DNA of 64,000 nucleotides, from the NCBI GenBank assembly GCA_958009085.1, contig OY253683.1, positions 558,001 through 622,000 on the forward strand, in the 5' to 3' direction. Below are positions 26,772 through 44,655 of this stretch, in pieces (the stretch's first letter is position 1; each line of letters starts with the position of its first letter). The DNA comes from Protoeuglena noctilucae (lineage: Eukaryota). A model generated the notes under the pieces. The model saw only the letters and a list, made by a program, of their open reading frames with translations. It did not search any database and was not told the DNA's origin. A program made the position numbers and the translations under genes.

Positions 26772-29700
26772 TAGGCGTGCAGTGCCTTATACTTAGAGGG
26801 TAAGACGCCCATCACTGTCTTAATTGCAAGAAAACAGCCAGTACCCTACCGAGAGTACGTTCTCAATTCAGATCATCAGACAGTCTCGCATCGTGTCATC
26901 AAAGTGGAACTCGCGGGATACACCGAGGCCCAGCAAATAGCGCGCCTTGGTTTCTGAATGAGGCCGGCATTGTGACGGCGCGTGTGATTTAAGCTGTCGC
27001 CGCCTGGCGGTCTCTCTACAGCCCCCTGTCTACTACTGGCAGTAATATCTCCATATCCTTGCCGCCGGCACCGGGGACACGGCGGGCAGAGATGGCGCAC
27101 CGGCAGGTCCTCGCTCCCCTGGCCTTCTTCATCCAGGAGGGGATGCCGCGGCACATCACCGTCGCGTGCACGGAGGCAAGTTCATGATGGCGCTATCGGA
27201 GCGTCGCACGTGGCCCGGGAGCTGCGATGCGCCCCTGATGCGCGCTTTAGAGCTGTTCCCATGGCTGCGTGTGGGGGCGTCCCCTGCGCAGTGCGGGGGA
27301 TGAGCGAACCGACTGACCGTCATTCATCGGTTCGCAGGTGCTGAAGCAGCTCCGGAACGACCCGACAATGCGCCTGTGGCAGACGGTGGCCAAAGGGTGC
27401 GTGACGAGACACTCTGCGGCCTTTTTCGCGAATCCCCGATCGCTAGCGACCGCGCCGTTGCATACCGCGTTTACTGCGTGTCTTGACCGCAGAGTGGAGG
27501 GCCGCGGGGACGAGGCGCTGCGCGACCTGCGCCTGCTGGAGCAGGACAGTCTCGTTGGGCCTGCAGCCATGGCCGCGTCCCTCTACATCCACCAGCAGTC
27601 GCTCATGGTGGACAGTGAGGCCATCGCGCGGCTACAGGTGGGCAGCGCGAGGATGGTCGCTTGCGCTCGTATCTGTGCCCCCCCTGCGAGTGTACAGCAT
27701 GTGGATGCTTCGCCAACATGCGATGTGCAGGGTGACCTCGAGATGTTGGAGAGCTCGGCGTCGGACGAGTCGCGAGTGGAGCTGGCACGCGTTCACTGGT
27801 GCTACGGCCAGCGGGAGCGCGCCCGGGGTCTCCTGGAGGACGTCACGCTCCTCACCTCGAAAAACGTGCCGGCCCAGTCCCTGCTCGGCTGGGTCATCCT
27901 GTCCCAGGTGCTGCGTGGAGAAGCCTGCCGTCGCTCGCAGCAGCGTCTTTCCTGTCCCTGCTGGGTGTGACAGGGGCCCACTTGCTGTGATGTTGTGATG
28001 TAGACCTTGCGTACTGTCCCAGCTCAGCGACGCCACACGTGTGTATGTCGCAGGTGGAGTCTGGCGCAGAGGAGCACGTGGAGGGAGAAGACCCTATGGA
28101 GGACGCGGCGAAAGCCCTGGACAGCGCGCTGGCCGCGTCGGACCTGGACGCAGAGGCAGCCCTGGGGCGCGTGCGCCTGTACCGCCTGCAGGGTCTCGCG
28201 GCGGAGGCCCTGTCGCTGCTCGCGCAAGTCATCGCTCGCTACTCGTGGCTCGTGCCCGCGGAGGTGGGCGTGCATGCTTCCAGGCCCCATGCCTGCCCAG
28301 CTGCGGTGCAGAGCAACGACTGGGCCGGTGCAGATTCAGACTGTGCACATCTGCAACATTCCCTTCGCAGGTGGAGCGCATGCGCGTGTTCCTGGGCGAG
28401 GTGCGCTGGGAGGAGGCCCTGGAGTCAGCGCAGAGGGCGCTGCAGGCGGACGACACCAACGCAGACGCCCTGGCCATGCTCGCCCTGTCGTCCGCAGCCA
28501 AGGACGGGCGCCTCCACGTCGCAGCTCGGTACCTCGGTGAGAGTTCGAACTGCGCTGACTCGTCAGCCTGGCTATGCATTGGCCACCGCCCTGTGCCTGG
28601 CTCACGCAGCAACATCCCACTCCCCTTCTGCAGGCGACTTGCTCGCGGCGTTGCAGACAGCTGAGCCCCGGCAATGGCGTCTGCTGTCCGCGGCTGGCGC
28701 GGCCTTCGCGAAGATGGCCACGCACGACGAGGACCTGGCCGCGGCGGCGCGGCAGCTGGCGGAGGCGGGCGTGCGTGCCGCCCCGCAGGAGGCCAAGGCT
28801 CAGTCGGCGATGGCCGCGTGCCTGCTCGCGCTGGGCGACCACGAGCGGGCGCTTGCGCTGTACAACCGCGCCGCGGAAGCGGACGTGGCGGATGTGGGCG
28901 CCATGACGGGGGGGGCGCGGTGCTTGGTGCTGCTGGGCCGCACGGAGGAGGCGCGCATCAAGGTGGACGGCCTCATCGAGGGTTTCCGCTCATTCCAGGC
29001 GACCGACGCAGAGATCATGGCCGTGGCGGGCGGCGGGCAGGGCCCCGAGGTACCCAAGCTGGAGGGCATGGGACTCGCGGAGCAGGCCACCCTGTACTAC
29101 CTCCGCGCCGCGCTGTCGTGGCTGGCCGTGCAGGAGGGCGCCGGAGAATCAGCCGAGTCGGAGGTGAGGAGCGGTGATCTCACTTCTTCTGGGACCTCGG
29201 CCATGTGGTCCCTGCTAGCACCGAGGGGTGCCTTACCGTTACGTGGGCGAAGGGCAGCGGCCATGGTGAACAGCTCTTCCCCTTCCTCGCGCAGCTTCGC
29301 GTGGCTTACCTGGAGCAGGCCATGGTGTGCTTAGGGAACCTGCTGAAGACGCACCCGGTCTCGCTCCAGGCAGCGGCCGCGGTGGACACCTCTCTGTGCC
29401 TGGACCTGGCGCTGCTGATGCTGCAGCACGTGGCGGGGGAGCCACTGGGGCAGGGGGAGGCGGCGCTCCGAGAGGTCGACCTGACGACGAAGGTGGCTGG
29501 GGGTTGAGAGCGTTCACTGCATATGGCGTTATGAGCAACGAGCTGCCAGAGGCTGGTATGCAACTTGTGCCCCTGTGATCGTCGCCCTGGCTTCCTCCCA
29601 CTCCCACGCAGCACTTGCAACGACTGTCGAAGGTCTTCCCCGGCCACCCCGGGATCCAGTGCTTGTTGGCCACGTGCTTGCTGATGTCTGGGTCCACCGA

Positions 29701-30815
29701 CGCAGCCATGAAGAAGGCAGGGGTGGTGCTGCTGAACTCACCGGAGGTCGCTGACGCGCACCTGATCGTCATCCGTGCTCACCTACAGGACAAGGTGTGC
29801 GCTGTGCTCAGGAAGGCAGCAGTGGGAGTTGCTGGGCTCGGGACGGGGCAGAGTGTTTTAATATCAGATGCATCCTGCTTCTGCTGTTCAGAACACGGCT
29901 TTGGCGAGGAAGGCGCTCGACGTGGCCGTGGCACAGAGCTACAAGATTCGTCTGACGCCCCAATACCACATGTCCATGGCGCGCTTGCTGCTGAGGGAGC
30001 GAGACGCCGCCCAGGCACTCAAGTTCCTGCAGCAGGCCGAGGTGAGACGAGGCAGACCCACGCCCGTGTATCTCTGCTGCGCCGGTCCCGCTGCGATGCC
30101 TGAACCAGCTTCCGGCCCATGCCTTTGCAGAAGATGCCGGGGATGCGTGGCCGGACCCTCCCGCGCGTTCCCGGCAGCAAGCACGGGGCACCGCTGACGC
30201 TCCACGACAAGACTACGGTGCTTCTGCTCCAGGCGGATGCCTTGAATATCCTGGGGAAAAAACCTGAGGCGCAGAAGATCCTCGCCAAGGCTGCGAAGGT
30301 GGGCAGTGCTGTGGTCTTTGGAAGTGCTGCCTTCCTGGGAGCGTCATGTCTCACTTGGCATGCTTGCATCTGTGGCGCAGGAGGCCGCAGGCACGCCGGA
30401 GGAAGTCATCGTGGCGCTCGCGAGCACAGACATGAAGATCGCCAATGGGGACGTCTCCGGTGCTATGCGGTGACCAGCGCAACAGACCTTAGAACTGCCT
30501 TTGGTGCCGCCGTGAGCATGATACGCGGTGTGACACATGCGCGTGCACCCTCACTATTACTCTGCTCTCTCCTCCCAGGGACATGGAGGCTGTGCCCCCG
30601 ACGTCGCCGCTCTTCATCCAGGCCCGCACTGCCCTGGCGCGCATCTACCTCGACAAGCGGCGCGACCGGGCGGCTTACACGAAGTGCTACCAGGACATCA
30701 TCGACCGGTTCCGGGACAAGCGCTCCTACATGCTGTTCGGCGAGGCCATGGTGCACATCCAAGAGCCCCTCAAGGCCGTCGAGGCGCTGAAGGAGGCCCT
30801 CAGGCGAGTGCGGGC

Positions 30816-30906
30816 TGCGATGAGATATGGTGGCAGATGGACCCAGATTGTGAAGCCGCACTGTGATGAGGTGTTATGACAGATGGACCCCGATTGTGAA
30901 GCCGCC
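30816..30906. repeat. Imperfect tandem duplication of about 45 bp inside an IFT139 intron
   Basis: Two copies sharing CAGATGGACCC(A/C)GATTGTGAAGCCGC within intron 30804-30929. Confidence 0.75.
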
Positions 30907-31185
30907 ATCAATGCGTCTCTCGCCTGCAGGCGCGATCCCCGCGACGCCTCGCTGGCCCTTCGCATCGGGGCGGCCCTGGTCGCGACACACGACTTCGAGG
31001 GCGCGGTGTCGTACTACGAGAAGGCAGTGAATGCGAACCGGGGGAACGTGGAGCTGCAGCTGGAGCTGGCTGGCCTCCTGGCACGGGTGGGGAGGGGGCG
31101 GGCGGCGCAGCAGATGCTGCAGCCTTTCAGGTGTGATGAAGTGACGCAATGCATGGCGATGAATCTGCTGGCGAATTCCACCTCT

Positions 31186-31226
31186 CCACACCTGTTTCAC
31201 CCACACCTGTCTCACCCACACCTGTC
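31186..31226. repeat. 15-bp minisatellite, about 2.7 copies, intronic
   Basis: CCACACCTGTTTCAC CCACACCTGTCTCAC CCACACCTGTC. Confidence 0.8.
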
Positions 31227-33075
31227 CGTTGCCCGTTCTCTGCAGGGACGCCCAGGGCTCCGTGGAGGCCATGCAGGCACGGGTCAAGGCGCTGTGTATT
31301 CTGTCTGACCTGGAGCGGCGGCAGGGGAACGCGGTTGCGCAGATCGAGCTGCTCGGGGAGGCGCTGCGGGGGCAGGAGGCGGTGGTGGAGGCCGTGAGGG
31401 GGGAGCCGGCGGAGGTGGTGGCAGCGGAGAGGCGGGTGGCGGCAGACCTCGCCTTCCGCATCTTCAGGGAGAGGGCGGACCTCGGCGTGGCTCAGGACGG
31501 GATGGTCGCGCTGCGAGAGGTGCTGCAGCGCAACCCAGCACACCACCAGGCGGGCCTCGCCATCGCGCGCATGCACCTCGCTGCCGGGGACGTCAACGCG
31601 TGCATGACGCAGTGCGAGCACCTGCTCACGGACGGTGAGATCTCTTGCAAAGGGTGCTAGATACAACTGCGTTGTGCGGCCCACCCAAGCAACTTTGGCT
31701 GGGTCATCTCCCGATGCAGATGACGGGGATGAGGAGGCGTCGATGCTGCTGGCCGAGGTGGCCGCGATGCAGGGAGACGTGGAGCCGGCGCTGGGGCGCT
31801 TCCAGGTCATCCTGGCCCGCAAGCCGGACCACTTCCGCGCTCTCTTCCGCCTTCTGGACGTGCTCAAGCGCACGGGCAACCTGGCGAGCGCCAGCGACTA
31901 CCTCGAAGCAGCGCGGCACGCCTCGCCCCGCACCGCCACCTCGGCTGGATACCAGACCTGCGAGGGGGCCCTACACCGCAGCTGCAACCGCCCGCAGGCG
32001 AGGTGCTGCGCGTGTGCGTGGGTTGGCATCACACAGCCCGCTGTGGGCTGTGCGACTCATTTGCAACCATTGTCTGGCTGCAGGAGGCCCTCCGCTGCCT
32101 GAACCGCGCCCGTGGCGACCCCGAGTGGGGCCGCGACGCCACGTACATGATGGCGGACATCTACCTCGATCCCAACAGCGAGCGCCTGTGGGCTGCTGCC
32201 GGTGATGACGAGGACAGCATCCCCGACAACTTCCAGGCCGCTGCCTCTGGGGAGAACCTGAAGGCGGTCGCCGAGCTGCTGGCCACGGTCCGCCCAGTGG
32301 CCTCGCGGGCCACGGTCCGGCACAAGGTGCTGGAGGCATACACACATATGGCTTCCGGGGAGAAGGCGGATGCTGAACAGGCACTCAGCGCGCTCCTCGA
32401 CCTCGCGAACAAGGCGAGGGCCTGCTGGCTGCCCTGGGCCCCAGTCATACTTCCCCCCGTCATGCCTCTGCTGGAGATCTGTGCTTTAGCACTCAACTGC
32501 TGGCCCTGTCTGCAGGACCGGGACCACGTGCCGACGCTGCTGGCCATGGCCACGGCGTTCATGCTCCTCCGCCAGAAACCCAAGGCGCGCAACCAGCTCA
32601 AGCGTATCGCCAAGATGCCGTACACTCCCGAATACGGCGAAGACTTCGAGGCGAGCTGGCCTGGCGTTGCCGCAAAGCCGTGTCGACGTCGGGATGCTTG
32701 GACGCAAAACTCCCACAGCTTCCGCCCGCCCTCGCAGAAGGCGTGGCTGTCGCTGGCGTCCATGCATCTGAAGGGCGGCAAGTTCGACCTGGCCCAGGAG
32801 CTGTGCCAGAAGTGCCTCAAGTACAACCGCTCGTGCGCCCAGGCGTGGGAGCTGATGGGGCAGATGCTCGAGAAGGAGGGGGCGTACAAGGTGTGTGTGC
32901 TTCCGAGTCAATAACAGCTGCTGCGGATGCCGGCCACGACAGCACCCAAGAACTCTCAGCCTCTCAGCTGTCTCTCTCGACTTCGCCAACCGCAGGATGC
33001 GGCTGAGCACTACCACCACGCGTGGGACCTGGTGCAGGGCGCAAGCGCACAGAGCGGCTACCGGCTCGCGTTCAA

Positions 33076-36584
<3,509 letters not shown>

Positions 36585-36959
36585 GATGACTGCGACGAAA
36601 AGACGCGGCGATGCCCAGACACGACGCTCAGTGGTCACTGCGGTGGCCCCTCTGACCTTGCAATAGTATTACTGGCCGTGCCACAAAGCCCGATGTGTCC
36701 AGACACGGCCGACCTGACGCACGCAGCTGAGGAGGGTCGCGCTGGCGGGCCCAGGCGAGGACAGCGCAATGAAGAAGACCTACCTGGCTGCGCAGTGCCA
36801 GCGACACCGTCCCCTGGCTTGAGATGGGACCGGGCGCGCTCACCTCCTCACAGCCCGGGGAGTTTGCCGCACAGTTGAGCCTCGCCTGTCTTGGAATCCA
36901 CGAGCGCAGCGAGCGGGAGGAGGGGTTTTTAGGGCGCGGGGTAGAAGGGGGGCCGCGAA

Positions 36960-38117
36960 ATGAGTGACACGGAACAGGAGGAGAGTAAGCGGCTCGTGAG
37001 CCAGCAGGCCTCGGACGGGGACGTCGAGGAGGGGCTTGGAGGGCGGTGCACTTCCGCGGACGAGGTGCGCTCGTCACGGAATCGCCGCGTTCGTGCGGCA
37101 TGATGCGTGATACCATTCTGCGCGTCGCGGAAGCGCCTTGCCGGACGGCTGAGCCCGCCCTTTTGCACTACCCAGGCTAGCTCTACCGGCAGGCTCCACA
37201 TATCCTTCAAGACAACGCTGGAGAAGGTCGTGTCGTTGGATGTGGACCCGAAGAGTCCAGTCAGCGAAGTCCGGAGGGTGCTTCTGCAGGTGCGCGCATG
37301 CGCCGAGGGAGCGCGGCGTGCCTGGGCGCCGGGACCGGCCGGGGGAACGCGCAATGCCGCGAACTGCCACGCGAAATGTCTTCCGCATCGCTTGCAGCAC
37401 GCGGGGGAGCTCAACTGCGACGTGACGAGCAGCAGACTGCTGTACCATGGGCGCTTCCTCGAGGACGCCGAGACGCTGGAGAGCCTGGGCATCCAGTCGG
37501 GCCACACGATTCTCGTCGTCCCCAAGTCGACGTCGGTGAGCGCTGCCAAGGCGGGCTGCGAGCGGACGCGACGCAATCGTCGCGGTACGGCATCACGTTA
37601 TGTGCGTGCCACCAAGACGGCGAGCCACCCCCCCTTTTCCCCCATGTGCAGCCCGTGGCCGCAAGCCTCTCCCTAGAGCAGCAGCAGGATGAGGAAGGCA
37701 CGAGTGGGGCTTCTGGGGAGAGGTGCGGGGGGCAAAGTGCAGACACCGGTGGCGTTGGGCGCCGCAGCATGCACCAGCTGGCCATTTCTCACGGCTTCTG
37801 AGTCCCTCCAACATCGATGCACGCAGTAGCGCTGGCAGGGAGCATATGGAGCTTGTCCTGGGCATCTTCTTCGGCTTCATGCTCGGCTGGCTGGCGCTCC
37901 TGTGCTTCTGCGAGAACCGGGCCTCCAAGCGTTTCTGGCACGGGCTCTGTATCGGGATGGGTGAGATTTCACTTCTGGCACGGCAGCCACCTGCTTCAGC
38001 CTCGCATGCTTGGTGCCCACCCCGGTTCCCGTCCCCCTGACCGCAGCCTTGAGCGTCATTTTTGCCATCCTGCAGTACCGGATACCGGAGCGTGAGGAAC
38101 ACGGCCACCACCACTAA
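36960..38117 (+). CDS. Ubiquitin-like domain membrane protein (Dsc3/TMUB-like)
   Basis: UBL segment RLLYHGRFLEDAETLESLGIQSGHTILVV plus C-terminal hairpin LVLGIFFGFMLGWLALLCF...GLCIGM|ALSVIFAIL; TAA at 38115-38117. Confidence 0.75.
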
Positions 38118-38497
38118 TCTCTCGCTGCCTGCCGCCCGTCGTGACGGCCCGGATGCCGTCCTAGCTGCCGTCGTGGCTGATTGCGGGTGCCCCTGGTCAT
38201 CCATGGTCTCTGAGACGCTGCGTTGAACTGAAAGGACTGCCCATATGTGAGCGCGGCCGGACTGTGCGGCATGCCGTGCCAGCATGCCGTGCCAGAGCGC
38301 AGCAGTGAGTTAGAAAAGCGTTTCTCTGCCTTGGCGAAGTCATGATGTTGCGGGCCACTGCGACGCGGCCACTGCATCGGTGGGGATAGGGTAAGGCACC
38401 TCAAGCCCCGCCGAACCGGCACTGGCGCGAGCGGCCGCTGGCCAGGCTGCAACCGTCGCCTGCCGGTAGGAGCCGCTCGCTCGATCGAGACGCCGGC

Positions 38498-41400
38498 ATG
38501 GCTCCACAGCCCGACTTGGAGCCTGGACAGCATGTCTCACGGCATCCGGGGGGCGCAGCGGTCGGGGAATTGCCTGAGGTTATGCACCGCGCACCTGACC
38601 ACTCGGCCGGCCCCACGCCCGCGGAAGCTGCGGTTCGCGGACGCCAAGGCGTTGTAGACGCGAATGTGGCTGCTGATGCGCCCGCTGACGTCGTCGCGGA
38701 CGGGCATGCGCATCGCGGGGACCCACGCAACGGGGCCGCACTGCCGGCATCCGAGGCGGCGCCCGCTCAAGCATACGGGGACCTATCTGGTGACGGAACC
38801 GAGATGATGAAAGCCGATTCCGCATCTGGCGCACGCGCGGACGCGGCGGAAGGGGCGGGCTGGGCCTCCGGCCCTGCACCCGACGCATGGAACATGGACA
38901 TGAATTTCGACGACCGGCGGGCGATCGGGGGCTCCCATGTCGGCTCGGGGGAGTTGTGGCCGGGTGCTGACCTGCTAGCCCAGGAAGCGCCGGAGGGGCC
39001 GTGGCTTTCCCTGGGGGGCCTGGGTGCTGTGGCGGGGGTGGGGACGGGGGCGATGTGGGACGCCCCGATGGACGGCGGCGACGGGGACTGGGGCAGCGGA
39101 CTCGGCCGCAGGGTGGAAATGGAGACGCTCGACCAGGACCCGGGCCCTTCCAGGGAACATTGGGGCGCCGAGGCCGAGGGCGATGGGCAGGCGGGGCAGG
39201 GCGGGAGGTCTCAGGGGGAGGAGGGGCGAGGCCGAAGCAAGCGACGCATCAAGGTGAGAGTGCAGTCCGGTCGGGCTCGCATGGGAGGGGGGCCGCGTCG
39301 CAGGCCGGTGGTTGGATCCAGGATGCCCTGGACCAATGTGGTTTGTGGCCTGGTCTCTGCGATGCAGCCTCCCCGGCGTTTTGTCGAGGATGAGGAGGAC
39401 GACGGGCGCCCTCGCAAGCGCCAGCGCATGCGGCTCGTGATGGTGGAGCGGCCCATGACGATGGCGGACGTGACGCAGCGCTTGGCCGGGGTCCAGTGCC
39501 GCGCGCGCTTTGACGGGCAGTGGCACGACGTGCTGTTCAAGCGCATACGGCCGAGCAAGGTGCGTCGAGATGAGCATACTTGCGCATGGGGCGCAGCTGA
39601 TTGGTGGTGACACATGCTCGTTGCTGAGCCCGCCCGGCGTCCGTGGCTGTTGCAGGGGACGTGGACGGTGGTGGTTCTGTCAGAGGACGGGGAGGAGGAG
39701 GTGGCGGAGGACAAGGACGTGAGCATCCAGGCCATGGTGGAGGCAGGGGACGTGATGGTGACGGTGCCCACGTACGAGCCCGTGCAGGGCGAGGGCAGCA
39801 CGGAGGTGAGGGCTGGGGTTGTGTGGGGGCAGCTGTGGACGTCCCGCGAGTCCTGATTGGTCCCCTGCCATGACTTCAACGGAGATGCCCTGCAAGCCTC
39901 GCTGGCCGCTAAGCGATACGCATTGCCCCGTCCCTTGGCCACAGAGCAAGGACGCGGGCGAGGGGGACTCCACGGCGGTGTCTGCCCCCCGAGGGCCCCG
40001 GGGAACGGCGGCGTCGAAAGGGCCCAAGCGCAGGGGAAAACGCGCGACCGCGAAGCAGCAGGGTCCCCGGCGGCCGGCGCGGCTGCAGGCGAAGCTGCCC
40101 CAGGGGGACCAGTTCACGTCCGGGAGTGAGTACACGGAGAGCGACAGCGAGGGCAGCTCGGGGAGCGACGCCTCGAGTCCCGGGACGTCTGACGAGTCGT
40201 CGACCTCCTCGTCCGGCAGTGACGGGGATGAGCCGAGGGAGCGGGTGCGGAAGCCGACGCTGGCGGAGCTGAAGGCGCGGCGGCAGGCGGGCGAGGGGCG
40301 AGCTGCCAAGGCGGGGCCGGCGGACAAGGCGGGGCCGGAGGAGGGTCGCGACGCGATCCTGGCGCGCATCTTGAAGCGCGCCCAGGAGCAGGCGGACGGC
40401 CCCAACTCGCCGTCGGGGGCACGGGCGGGCGGGGGCCCTCCGGCGGCGGCCGTGGTTGAGAAGCTGCGCAAGGGGGCCGCCAGCAAGCTCGGCGAGTGCC
40501 TGGCGATGGCGGTGCACGCGCTGCGGGGCGAGGGTGCGCGGGTGGGGGACGCCGGGAAGCTGGGCGTGGAAATCGAAGAGGCGCTGTTCAAGCGGCACGG
40601 GGAGGCGATGACGGGTGAGGGCCTTATGGAAGGGGCGCGATGGCACTGCAGGCGATTTCCATGGTGCGAGTCTTGCAACCCCTGCCCGTGTCTGCCACGC
40701 AATGCAGACGGATACAAGCAGCACTTCCGGTCGGTGCACTCGAACCTCAAGGACCCGCGCAACCCCGACCTGCGTGCTCGTGTCGTCCTGTTTGAGATCA
40801 CGCCCGCACAGCTGGTGGCCATGTCATCCGACGAGCTGGCCTCCAAGACGGTGTCAGGTGTGCCAAATGGCCTGGTCTCTGCGTCTGCGCTCCCGGCCCA
40901 TGCTGCTGTTTCGACTTTCATGGACGGCGTCTCTCGCCTCTCGCAGAGTGGCGGCAGCGGCAGCTGGAGGCGGCGGACAAGCAGCGGGTGCTGCCGGCCC
41001 AGGCGATCGAGCGCATCCTGGGCGTCAAGCTGGACCCCGCCCCAATGGTGGCCGAGGCGCCGGACGCTCCCAAGTCAACGCCGGAGCAAGACGCGGCGCC
41101 GGAGGGCGTCGAGGAGGGCCCCAGGGAGGACGCAGAGCCGCAGTCTACGCATGCGGAGGCCGCACCCTCGGCGGCCACCACGCCGCGGGGCGTGGCGGGG
41201 ACGCCGCGGGATGGGGGCGATGGGGGCTTCGCAAAACCCGAGGGTGTCATGGCGGAAGAGGAGGCGGGTGATGTGGGGCCGTCCGAGGTGCGATGCGTCG
41301 CGTGGGCGCTGCGTGTGTATGGGCAACGAGGCGGGCTGCATATCGCGCGTCTCTGTCGCTTGTCGGCCGCAGGCAGCGACGCAGGGGTCCTCAGGTATCC

Positions 41401-43452
41401 GAGAAACGCGCTTCTCGACGGGCATCGACTGGGCAGCGCTGCGCGCGCGTGCGGCGACATCCGCAGCGGCGGCCGCGGACGACGCAGAGGGGCCAGAGTC
41501 TCCCGACGAAGACCTGGCTCTGCCAGAGGAACCCGGGAGGAGAGGCGCGGAGGCCACTGGCAGCCCCGCAGCGCACCGCGAGGCGCGTCCCCCCGCCGCC
41601 GCCGCCCACGCCCCGGGATTTCGCGGGCACGCACACGGCGGTGGGAAGGAGCGCGTGGATCTTTCTAACCTGTGTGTGCCCGGCACGGCGCAGCACCGGG
41701 CTGTGTTGTGGCACGGAAGCCTGGACGTGTCTGGGCTGGGGAGCGCGCAGGTGCAGGCCCGGGAGCTGGCGGGTCAGGGTCCCCTCTCGGCCATGCTGGG
41801 GCAGCCTGGTGGAACACTGAACGTCGGGCGGCTCCTGGACGAGGGCAAGACGGCCAAGTTCTTTGCGGAGATGCGCCGGAGCCGGTCACGCACCTGCACA
41901 GGCGAGCGCTTCACACTTGGACGCCGCTGCCGCTCTGCCCGGAAGCCGTGGGCGTTTTCGCTAAGCCTACCCGCCTGTGCTCGCAGTGGGCGTGGTGGAG
42001 CCTGCGCCGGGGCAGGACGGGGCCCGTGACATGCTCACCCAGGCAGCCCGTGCGTGGGCGAAGTCGGGGCGGCCCCAGGTGGCCTTCGGCGAGCCGAGCA
42101 AAGGCATCGAGCTCTACCTCGTCCCGCCGGGCCCTCTCGCGGCCGCACTGCTCGCGACGGCTGCGCAGGCCGCCCCAGACAGCAATGGCCCCCGGGTCCC
42201 GCCCGCGGGGACGCTCGTGGCCGTCCTGGTGCATCGCAAGGACTTCGCGCCGCCCGAGTGGTGGAACAAGGAGGCGCCCGGGGCTGCCCACGCCGGCCCT
42301 GTGCCGCCCTCCTCAGGACCGACACCATCGGCCTCCCTTCCCCCTGTCCCGTCTGCTGCCACGTTGCGTGCGCCCCACGATCCCCGCCGGGCCGGATTAC
42401 CATCTGCGGCAGCGGGACAGGCGCAATCTGATGCTGCCCTGCCAGCGCTGACCTCCGGAAACACGCTCGCCATGCTCCAGGCTGCGTTATTGGGGCCAGC
42501 CCCGCCCACGTCAGGGCCCCACCCGCCGGCACCTGTTGGCGGGGCTTCAATGGGGTCGACTGGCTTGAACGGGAACGGTGTTTCCGCGGGCGCGTGGCAG
42601 CGAGGGACCCCGGCACAGGTAAGGATGGCAGGCAGGCGGGGCGAGCTCTTGCAACATGTGGATTTTGGCAGTTGCGACCCCTCGTTGCACCCATGTATGA
42701 TGCTTGGGAAACGCCGCAGTCATCGTTGTGCATCCCGTTGTTGTCTCAGGACGGTTTCCAGGCCCCACCGCCGTACCCGCCCATGCAACCGGACCGGGAC
42801 CCGCGTGTAGCCATGCGAGGCGGCCAGGGGCCTCGCGGAGATGGTGGGTTGGATCCGCCCCCGCACCCGTCCTCTGTGCCCGGAGCAGCGTTCCTCGGAG
42901 GGCCGCCGCCGCACACGCAGGACGTGGCCATGCCCCATCCGCCTCAGGTGTGACAGAACGTCTGGTCCCAGGCGCATGCGGATCGACGCCAGCGGCTGCA
43001 CGTGTGTGATTCAATGCCCCGCCTTGTGCTCAACGCAGGTGGGCGTGCCCCGGCCCCCTCCCAGGCATCCACTCACCAACGGCGCTCCCCCCGCGCCCCC
43101 GCCCCGACCCCCCCCCGCTGCACCCCCCATGCCTGACCTGCCAGATGACCTGGACCTGCAACTTGCAGAGCTGGCGCGCTCAGTGTCGGGAGCATACCGT
43201 GGCTCGGACGCCATGGGCATGGATGCAGGCACGGGGCCTGGGCACCGTGGAGACGGCGGCTACCGGGGCAGGGGCGACCGGGGGCGGGGTCGGGGCCGGG
43301 GGAGGCGTGGGAGGGGCGAGTCGTTCTACGATGACCGGGGGGACGGCGGCCGTGGCGGACAGGGCCGGGGGCGGGGGAGGTGGGGCGAGGGCGGGGGTGG
43401 CGGTGAGGGCCGGGGGCGCGGGCAGCGAGGGTCCTGGCGGGGGCGGGGCTAG
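38498..43452 (+). CDS. TFIIS-central-domain + SPOC-like protein (PHF3/DIDO/BORDER-like) with RGG tail
   Basis: EIEEALFKRHG...YKQHFRSVHSNLKDPRNPDLRARVV..EITPAQLVAMSSDELAS; SPOC-like LWHGSL...LNVGRL...IELYLVPP...LVAVLVHR; Pro-rich and RG-rich end. Confidence 0.82.
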
Positions 43453-43535
43453 CGCTAGCAGCGCGGACGTGCCGACCCGGCATCCGCGGTCGCATCATGA
43501 TTTCAAGCGAGAGCCTAGCCGTTTTGAATGCGTCC

Positions 43536-44655
43536 TCATCGCTGTAGCGTGCCCCACACAGCCAGGCCCGTGGCAATGACCGTGCTGGCGACCCACACGT
43601 AGCGGTTGCTGGTCCAGTCGGGAGGCCGGTACTCTTCCCAGTGCCTCTCCTCCCACGTCATCTCCCGCTGCGTCTTTGCGATGGGGACGCGCCGCACCAC
43701 CACCCCCGCGCCCCGCCCCCGATTGCGGTCGATCTGCTCCAGGAGTGCCAGCTTGACGCGCTCGTCGTCGGACAGGCGCATCTTCGGGGCCTCCATGATG
43801 AAGCGCAGGTTGGCCGCCTGCTGCCGCACGCGCTTAATGGGGTGGGTCTCCTCGAGCGCCTTGTAGATGGCCAGGCACTCGGCCTCCTCCCCACACGCCT
43901 GGTGCGCGAGGGCCAGCCACATTTGGATGTCTCCGCCCAGCAGGGAGAAGGGCCCCTGCGCGTCCAATGCCTTGACGAGGACCCTCTTGGACTCCTCGTA
44001 ACGCCCCCGGCTGTACAGCCACTTCCCCTCCTCAAAGTCGCGCTGACCGGGGAGCACCTTGGACCGTATCTCCCGGGCTCGAGCCATGAGCTGCGACTAC
44101 CAAGCGGGAGGCGAGCGTCGGCGGGCACGCGCTTTCGGAAGTCAAGACAGGCACAGCACGCTGGTCCCCACCTTGGCCTTGATCGTCTCCTTGTACTCCT
44201 TCTGGATGCTGCTCAGTTGGTCTGCCCTGGCCAGGCCCAGCGCCTCGGCAAGCAAGTCGTCCGTGTCCTTCCCAGCGTCGACACCCTCAGCGTACGCCAT
44301 CGCCGCCGCGTCCAGGTTGACGATCTGGGGCCCTTTGGTGCTGAAGAGCGGACCCTGGGCGCCTGCGACGCGGCAAGGACGAGGCGATCACGGATGGCTG
44401 AGACAGGTCCAACAGGGCCGGACCCGGGGCAATGAAAGAAAGCCACTCACCCTGCACTGCATCCGCTGCGGCTCGTCCGTCGACCCTGGCCCCATCCCCA
44501 TCATCATTCGATGCACGTGCGTATAGCCGGCAATGTCGATGGCGGACGCCTTCGCGCACGCGGCCAGGCATACGTGCAGGCCTCGCCACGCACGTCGTCG
44601 AGGCCACCTCACGGCCCGTCCGCCCCCACCGGTATCCCTGACAATGCGCGGCCAT
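43536..44655 (-). CDS. Conserved TPR-like protein with C-terminal TM helix, plant/cyanobacterial type, probably plastid
   Basis: GKWLYSRGRYEES...LGGDIQMWLALAHQACG...HPIKRVRQQAANLRFIMEAPKM; terminal YVWVASTVIATGLAVW; Arg-rich transit-like N-terminus. Confidence 0.7.

Noticed and set aside
31186..31226. Short direct repeats considered as a CRISPR-like array
   Set aside because: They are contiguous units without spacers inside a eukaryotic intron, so an ordinary minisatellite.
32003..32914. ORFs reading through introns considered as protein insertions or inteins
   Set aside because: The inserted segments are bounded by splice signals and interrupt conserved motifs. Stop-free 3n introns are expected at this GC content.
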